Positions 26,881-32,000 of a DNA stretch of 32,000 bases are shown one piece after another. The DNA is from Trichodesmium erythraeum IMS101 (GTDB taxonomy: Bacteria; Cyanobacteriota; Cyanobacteriia; Cyanobacteriales; Microcoleaceae), in contig NC_008312.1 in NCBI RefSeq assembly GCF_000014265.1, positions 6,090,001 to 6,122,000 of the forward strand, given 5' to 3'. Below the pieces are notes generated by a model that was not told where the DNA came from, made no database searches, and worked only from the letters and a program-made list of their open reading frames with translations. Each line of letters starts with the position of its first letter. Positions within the stretch are counted from its first letter, which is position 1. Both the position numbers and the translations under genes were made by a program.

Positions 26881-26928
26881 TTTGCCAAAAAATTTGCCAA
26901 AAAATTTGCCAAAAAATTTGCCAAAAAA
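26881..26928. repeat. 12-nt microsatellite, 4 exact copies
   Basis: TTTGCCAAAAAA x4. It generates the IFWQ x4 repeat in the spurious ORF 26837-27025. Confidence 0.95.
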
Positions 26929-27290
26929 TTACTAAATGAATATTCCCTCCCTTGTAATTTTCGCTTAATGTGAGTGGGAAAAATACGGAAAAATATACAT
27001 ACTGCAAATATTGCTGATATGCCATTGTCTATAGCTCATTCCTTGCTCTCAATAACAGACTTTTTGAGCAAACATAAATAATGAGACTTACAAAATACAG
27101 TAACAGAAAATCTCCAAATAGAAACAAACACAGGTTTTTATGTCAAAAAAGTATAAATCCTTAATAATCAAGGGTTTTAGCCGTTTTTCTGTCGTTAACG
27201 TAATTCTCCTGTCTAGACTGACTGTCAAGGGTTTTTTATTCCAGAAAATATTTAAGTACTAATAATTATAATCAATTAATTAATAATTTT

Positions 27291-27749
27291 ATGAGTAATT
27301 GGCTAGAACATAGTGTACAGATAGAGGTAGATGCTCCAATTGATTTAGTATGGAATCTTTGGTCTGACTTAGAACAAATGCCACAATGGATGAAGTGGAT
27401 TAAATCTGTTGAAGTTCTTCAGGATAATCCGGAATTATCAAGGTGGAAGTTAGCTAGTGGTAATTTTGAGTTTAGCTGGCTTTCCCGGATTAAGAAAATA
27501 GTTACCCATCAAATTATTCAGTGGGAGTCTGTAGATGGTTTACCTAACCGAGGTGCCATCCGTTTTTATGATCGTTATGATAGTAGTATTATTAAGTTAA
27601 CTGTAGCTTATGGAGCTCCTGGGTGGTTAATTAAGATTATGGATAATTTATTTTTAGGTAGGATAGTAGAATCTACTTTGATGGCAGATATGGAAAGATT
27701 TCGTCAATATGTTATTGGTCTAAAACAGAAGGAAAACGAAGAAAGTTAA
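27291..27749 (+). CDS. SRPBCC-superfamily (cyclase/dehydrase, START-like) protein
   Basis: 152-aa ORF. VQIEVDAPIDLVWNLWSDLEQMPQWMKWIKSVEV... is the typical N-terminus of this family. As far as I recall, a homologous gene lies next to zds in Synechocystis. Confidence 0.8.
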   Translation: MSNWLEHSVQIEVDAPIDLVWNLWSDLEQMPQWMKWIKSVEVLQDNPELSRWKLASGNFEFSWLSRIKKIVTHQIIQWESVDGLPNRGAIRFYDRYDSSIIKLTVAYGAPGWLIKIMDNLFLGRIVESTLMADMERFRQYVIGLKQKENEES

Positions 27750-27786
27750 TTATTAAAGCTCCAAAAGCATGCATTGTGCCTCTAAA

Positions 27787-28020
27787 TTACCAGTCTACGT
27801 CTACAGATAGGTTAATGGTCATTTCTTTTTCTCCAGGAGGAATGGCTGTAATACAAGCACAAATAATTTGACCATCATTAAGTTCTACTTCGCAAGCATG
27901 ACAAGAACCCATTAAGCAACCTGTTGGAATATTTACTCCAGCATCTTCGGCTACTTCTAGAAGTGGTGTTCCTGCCTCTGCATCAATAGTAATATTATCT
28001 GGCAAAAAAAGTATTTTCAT
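27787..28020 (-). CDS. 2Fe-2S ferredoxin-like protein (77 aa)
   Basis: ...GVNIPTGCLMGSCHACEVELNDGQIICACITA... carries a plant-type ferredoxin Cys pattern in a short beta-grasp-length ORF. Confidence 0.8.
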   Translation of the reverse strand: MKILFLPDNITIDAEAGTPLLEVAEDAGVNIPTGCLMGSCHACEVELNDGQIICACITAIPPGEKEMTINLSVDVDW

Positions 28021-28250
28021 CTTTGTCTGATTTGAACTTGTGATTTACTTGATAATTTTCTGGCGATCGCTTGATTAATGGATATCTATTCAAGCCTTTA
28101 ATCTTAAATATACCACTTCTTTGAGTTTGATTCATTCCATTATTAATAGTATTAATAACTTTTTATCTAAAATTGCAGCTATAAGAAGTAGACGTAATCT
28201 TTCCTAGATAATTTTTCGAGAATTATTTCTTAATATGTGCTTCAATTACT

Positions 28251-28289
28251 ATAACTAATAACTGATAACTGATAACTAATAAATAACTG
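28251..28289. repeat. heptanucleotide (STRR-like) repeat ATAACTR x4-5
   Basis: ATAACTA ATAACTG ATAACTG ATAACTA ATAAATAACTG, immediately downstream of the cobQ stop. Confidence 0.85.
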
Positions 28290-28317
28290 GTTTGACGTTT
28301 ATTGTAATTGTCAAATT

Positions 28318-29784
28318 TTATGTTAAAACTGGTTTTAAATCTAGATGCTCATTAACTTTATCTGCGATTGAATCTAAAATAATTTCTCGTTGTTCTCTAT
28401 AATTAGAAATACTAGTTGGTAAACTGTTTAATCCCCGTTTGTGACGTAGGATATTTAACCAAGAACGACGCCAAGAACCATTATCAAATATTCCATGTAA
28501 ATAGTTTCCCCAGATAGAATCATAACTATCGACAAAACCCAAATCATAGTCATTAAATAAAGGCTTAACTATATCTGGTTTTGTAACTATAGTTCTACCT
28601 TGATGAATTTCATAACCTATGACTGGTAAATTTCCTAAGGGATAATTAGCAATAACTTGTCGCTGACTGGCAATTTTTTTAGGAGTAATTGTAGTTATTA
28701 AGGGTAGTAATTCTAATCCTTTATATTCTCCTTGTTTTCCTTCTAAACCTTGAGAGTCAATTAAAACTTCACCAAGCATTTGAAATCCACCACAAATTCC
28801 CATTACTATACCACCAGAACTTTGGTAAGATTTGATGGCTTCTGCCATACCACTTTTTTGTAATACTAATAAATCGTTTATAGTAGTTTTAGTACCAGGG
28901 ATAATTATGGCATCAGGATCACCCAAACTATCATTAGGATGAATATATTTAATTTTGACACTAGACTCTGCTTCTAAAGGTTCAAAATCAGTAAAATTAG
29001 AAATTCTTGGTAATCTAATGATAGCAATTGTAATATCAGTTGTATGTTTATTATAACGTTGTTCTAAAATACTCAAAGAATCTTCTGCGGGAAAGGCTTC
29101 ATTAATCCAAGGAATGACACCTATTACAGGAATATTAGTTTTTTTTTCTAACCAGTGAATACCTGAGTCTAAGAGAGATCTTTGTCCTCTAAATTTGTTA
29201 ATTACTATTCCTTTGATTAAATTTCTTTCTTCTGGTTCTAGTAATTCTAATGTACCAATAATATGAGCAAAAGCACCTCCTCGGTCAATATCAACTACTA
29301 AAATTGTAGAGGCATTCAAATGTTTGGCGACTCGCATATTAGTTAGATCTCGGTGCTTCAGATTTATTTCTGCTGGACTACCGGCTCCTTCACAAACTAT
29401 CATGTTAAACTCTTGAGATAAAGTTTCTAAAGATTCTTGGATGGCATTCCAACCAATATCAAAATACTGCTGATAATAATCTACAGCTCCTACAGTACCA
29501 CTAGCTTTTCCTTTAATAATAACTTGAGAAGTCATATCTCCTTGAGGCTTTAATAAAATTGGGTTCATTTCTATTGCAGGAGTTACACCTGCGGCCCAAG
29601 CTTGTACTGCTTGAGCATGACCCATTTCTCCACCGGTAGATGTGACATAGGAGTTCAAAGCCATATTTTGTCCTTTGAAGGGGGTGACTTTCCAACCACG
29701 ACGTGATAAAATTCTACAGATGGCTGTAGTAATTAGAGATTTTCCGGCATGGGAAGTAGTTCCCACTACCATAATTGCTTTCAT
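28318..29784 (-). CDS. cobQ: cobyric acid synthase
   Basis: 488-aa ORF. MVVGTTSHAGKSLITTAICRIL...FKGQNMALNSYVT..GGEMGHAQAVQAWAAGV...MNPILLKP plus a C-terminal GATase1-like domain (CGGFQMLG) match CobQ/CbiP. Confidence 0.92.
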   Translation of the reverse strand: MKAIMVVGTTSHAGKSLITTAICRILSRRGWKVTPFKGQNMALNSYVTSTGGEMGHAQAVQAWAAGVTPAIEMNPILLKPQGDMTSQVIIKGKASGTVGAVDYYQQYFDIGWNAIQESLETLSQEFNMIVCEGAGSPAEINLKHRDLTNMRVAKHLNASTILVVDIDRGGAFAHIIGTLELLEPEERNLIKGIVINKFRGQRSLLDSGIHWLEKKTNIPVIGVIPWINEAFPAEDSLSILEQRYNKHTTDITIAIIRLPRISNFTDFEPLEAESSVKIKYIHPNDSLGDPDAIIIPGTKTTINDLLVLQKSGMAEAIKSYQSSGGIVMGICGGFQMLGEVLIDSQGLEGKQGEYKGLELLPLITTITPKKIASQRQVIANYPLGNLPVIGYEIHQGRTIVTKPDIVKPLFNDYDLGFVDSYDSIWGNYLHGIFDNGSWRRSWLNILRHKRGLNSLPTSISNYREQREIILDSIADKVNEHLDLKPVLT

Positions 29785-29867
29785 AGTTTTTTTTAGTTCT
29801 GTTTGATAGGGAGAGAGTTTAAAGAGGAATTCTAAACCAAGGAGCTATGAATTTATTCAGGCGATCG

Positions 29868-30251
29868 CTAATTGAAGGTTGAGGCTAGTTTCCAATTGAG
29901 AGTGTATTTTTTAACTAATTGATGACCCATAGGAGTTAGACGAAAACTGTCTGTAATTCCTTGTCTATCAACTTCCTTTCTTAGTACGCCTACCTGAATT
30001 AGCCATAAAAGATAATTTTCACTTTTCGAGTTCTGATCAAGGGAAATTTATGTAGGAATTTTTAAGCTAATTTCAGAGATTTTTGATTTTAATCCCACAC
30101 TTTGAACCCCCATTGTGACAAATAAGTTAATTTGAAATAGACTACAACTCAGTGCTTTTTCTGCCCTTTTTACAGTACAAGTTGGATATTGAAGTGAAAT
30201 TAGATTGGGACATTCTACAGAGGCCATGTTAATTTTATATATCAAGAACAT
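29868..30251 (-). pseudogene. possible gene with an in-frame TAA (67 + 59 codons in one frame)
   Basis: The track ORF 30048-30251 ends at TAA 30048-30050. The same frame then stays open for 59 more codons (ISLDQNSKSENYLLWLIQVGVLRKEVDRQGITDSFRLTPMGHQLVKKYTLNWKLASTFN*). That stretch has no usable start codon of its own, looks like a winged-helix segment, and ends in a HIP1 site (29861-29868). Confidence 0.3.
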
Positions 30252-30620
30252 TTATATTTTTAAGTTAACAAAAATTATAGTTTAAGGTCTCAAATCAAGG
30301 ATTTTGAGCTCATATCATATATATAAATTATTTGATGTTATTTTAAATACAAAAAAGGAATTGACTATAAATTAAAAATTTATTTTTGCTAATCATTATT
30401 TTTTCTAATAATATAGATCAGAAAATACAGCATCGGATAAGACAAATCATTTACCAGGTATGAATAGTAAAACTCTTGTAGTGTAGTTATTTTGCTTACT
30501 AGGTGTATATTTCTGAGCAGGGGGAAGTTCTGTTTAAAATAGATTTGGAAGTAACAAGTTTTCAAGAATCCCAGAATACCCTAGAGTAATAATAGTTTTT
30601 AAAGATAAAAGAAGGATTCT

Positions 30621-31061
30621 ATGGCACTATCTGTTGGCACTAAAGCACCTGAATTCACAGTAAAAGATACTAACGGCAAGACTGTTTCCTTATCTGATTT
30701 TGCTGGTAAAACAGTGGTTATGTATTTTTACCCTAAAGATGATACCCCTGGTTGCACCAAGGAAGCTCAAAGTTTCCGAGACAACTACGCTGAATATCAA
30801 GGTAAAGATATGGTTGTTCTTGGTGTAAGTATGGATGATGAAGCTTCTCACAAAGCTTTTACTGAGAAATATGGTTTACCATTCCAATTATTAGCAGATG
30901 TTGATGGTGCTATCACTAAAGCTTATGATGTTGAGGGTGGTGGATATCCTAAGCGTGTTACTTATATTATTGACGCTGAAGGAAACATTTCTCACGTTGA
31001 TCAAAATGTGAAAACGGGTAGTCATGCCCAAGATATTTTAGAGGTCATTGGTAAAAAATAA
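30621..31061 (+). CDS. bcp: peroxiredoxin, Bcp/PrxQ type (thioredoxin-dependent thiol peroxidase)
   Basis: 146-aa ORF with the active-site motif FYPKDDTPGCTKEA and family-typical VLGVSMDD...HKAF..KYGLPFQLLAD. Confidence 0.92.
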   Translation: MALSVGTKAPEFTVKDTNGKTVSLSDFAGKTVVMYFYPKDDTPGCTKEAQSFRDNYAEYQGKDMVVLGVSMDDEASHKAFTEKYGLPFQLLADVDGAITKAYDVEGGGYPKRVTYIIDAEGNISHVDQNVKTGSHAQDILEVIGKK

Positions 31062-31246
31062 TGTTGTCCTAATTAGGAATTGCTGATTAACTCTCAAGGT
31101 ATTAACTGATTTTGGCAAGTTTCTTTTTGTCTTGAAAAAAGTGCAAGTTTTTCAGTCTAGAAAACTGACGGATATTAGTACTTTGGGCTGACCATAGTAG
31201 AGGACGGCAAGGGGCAAATATATCTAATTAATTTCCATTTCGACTT

Positions 31247-31270
31247 AGGGACGTTGCATACAACGTCCCT
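31247..31270. repeat. isolated GC-rich perfect palindrome / hairpin
   Basis: AGGGACGTTG-CATA-CAACGTCCCT forms a 10-bp perfect stem with a 4-nt loop. No following T tract. Confidence 0.8.
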
Positions 31271-31336
31271 GTCTACTCCTGAGTTCTGAGTTATACGCGG
31301 ATCCATGTATGCTTTTTTAGCAAGCTCTGATTTTTT

Positions 31337-31722
31337 ATGAGTAGGATGGGCTTCAACTGTCGCACTGGATAAAAACGGTCAAATTTAGGTGACAAAATAG
31401 GAAGATGCTGTAGGTCACAATCAATTTTGATGATTATCGGTACCGCAAAAGGAGAAAGGTTAATGCAGCTTGATTTTAGTTGTGGTATTCATGAAAAAGT
31501 TTTTGCCCCTAATAAATAGTTTAGGAACAGTCGGAAAAATTGTTAGTGAGGTCTGAGATACTTTAATTGAATGGGAACCTCGTATTAATATTTTAGATGT
31601 TGATACTACTCAAGAGCCACAGAAACCTAAAGAAACCTAATTTCATTTCCATTCTGGTAAATTATCAAGTCTGTGCTGCGAATAATATTTTTAACTTAGT
31701 TTATCTTTTTTATTTACAGTAA
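31337..31722 (+). pseudogene. decayed gp25/GPW-family baseplate wedge protein gene (phage tail / contractile injection system relic)
   Basis: Pieces in shifting frames: QSILMIIGTAKGERLMQLDFSCGIHEKVFAPNK* (compare the family pattern ...IL.T..GER.M.PDFGCGIHDLVFAPN), then VSEV*DTLIEWEPRINILDVDT (WEPRI motif), then PNFISILVNYQVCAANNIFNLVYLFYLQ* (compare NLVYPFYL at the C-terminus). At least 3 stops and 2 frameshifts. Overall length (~128 codons) fits the family. Confidence 0.55.
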
Positions 31723-31825
31723 TTTATGATGACTTCTTTATCTCCCAAAATTGACCAGGGCAGAAAAAAAGAAAAAAACAGAATTACATCTGTGTTGATT
31801 TTCAAAGAAAGTTTTTTAGACTGTG

Positions 31826-32000
31826 ATCAAACCAAAGAAGCTATTGTGATGAGCTAAAACATGAATGTCTACTTATGTATTTTCATGGTATAGGTTTGAG
31901 GGCAATTGGAAGAGTTAAAGGTATAAGTATTCATAATAGTAAGTTTTCAGTAAGACCGTCGACTAAAAACCTACAAAAAAAGCTATCCTTAAAGGGGAAT
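31826..32000 (+). mobile_element. IS1-family-like transposase fragment (HTH region), runs off the window end
   Basis: The frame open from 31826 to the window end reads SNQRSYCDELKHECLLMYFHGIGLRAIGRVKGISIHNSKF... This resembles the Y..E.K..CL.MY..G.GFRAIER..GV.H.T region of cyanobacterial IS1-type InsA/transposases (memory-based). Confidence 0.4.

Noticed and set aside
26837-27025. Track ORF 26837-27025 (-).
   Set aside because: Its IFWQ x4 core is simply the translated 12-nt microsatellite.
29513-29695. A 60-aa ORF within cobQ.
   Set aside because: It is an alternative frame inside a confidently identified CDS.
1-32000. tRNA, rRNA, tmRNA, RNase P or group II intron sequences.
   Set aside because: I scanned by eye for T-loop (GGTTCGAAT-type) motifs, rRNA-like conserved blocks and a domain V-like GAGCCGTAT motif. 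None was found outside CDSs. A tRNAscan or Rfam run is needed for certainty.

Overview
AT-rich cyanobacterial chromosomal segment. The assignment rests on 11 perfect HIP1 octamers (GCGATCGC) and on gene content: zeta-carotene desaturase, a GUN4-domain protein, CobQ, PrxQ/Bcp, HesB/IscA and a GT-C glycosyltransferase with TPR repeats. Only about 13.8 kb of 32 kb (~43%) is intact CDS. The rest is large non-coding blocks full of tandem repeats and decayed mobile or phage genes. That pattern resembles Trichodesmium-type genomes, which is an inference, not a search result. I call 16 CDSs (one truncated at the window start), two related IS630-family transposase relics, an IS1-like fragment at the window end, a heavily decayed gp25/GPW baseplate gene, a possible gene with an in-frame stop, and several tandem or dispersed repeats. 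No tRNA, rRNA, CRISPR array or group II intron signature was recognised. The standout is a 3.57-kb array (4260-7824). It has 25 copies of a 91-bp constant core alternating with 26 equal-length 50-bp cassettes of two unrelated kinds. Type A/A' (12 copies) replicates the last 11 codons plus stop of the adjacent small membrane-protein ORF. Type B (14 identical copies) is a textbook Rho-independent terminator hairpin with a T9 tract. All cassettes point the same way. I cannot assign a function; the leading idea is a modular, repeatedly terminated RNA-producing or regulatory array linked to the small ORF. A second notable element is a 3 x 126-bp tandem repeat abutting the start codon of the glycosyltransferase gene, with a CRP/NtcA-family-like palindrome in each copy. 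All homology statements come from reading the translations and from memory of the families; no database search was run.
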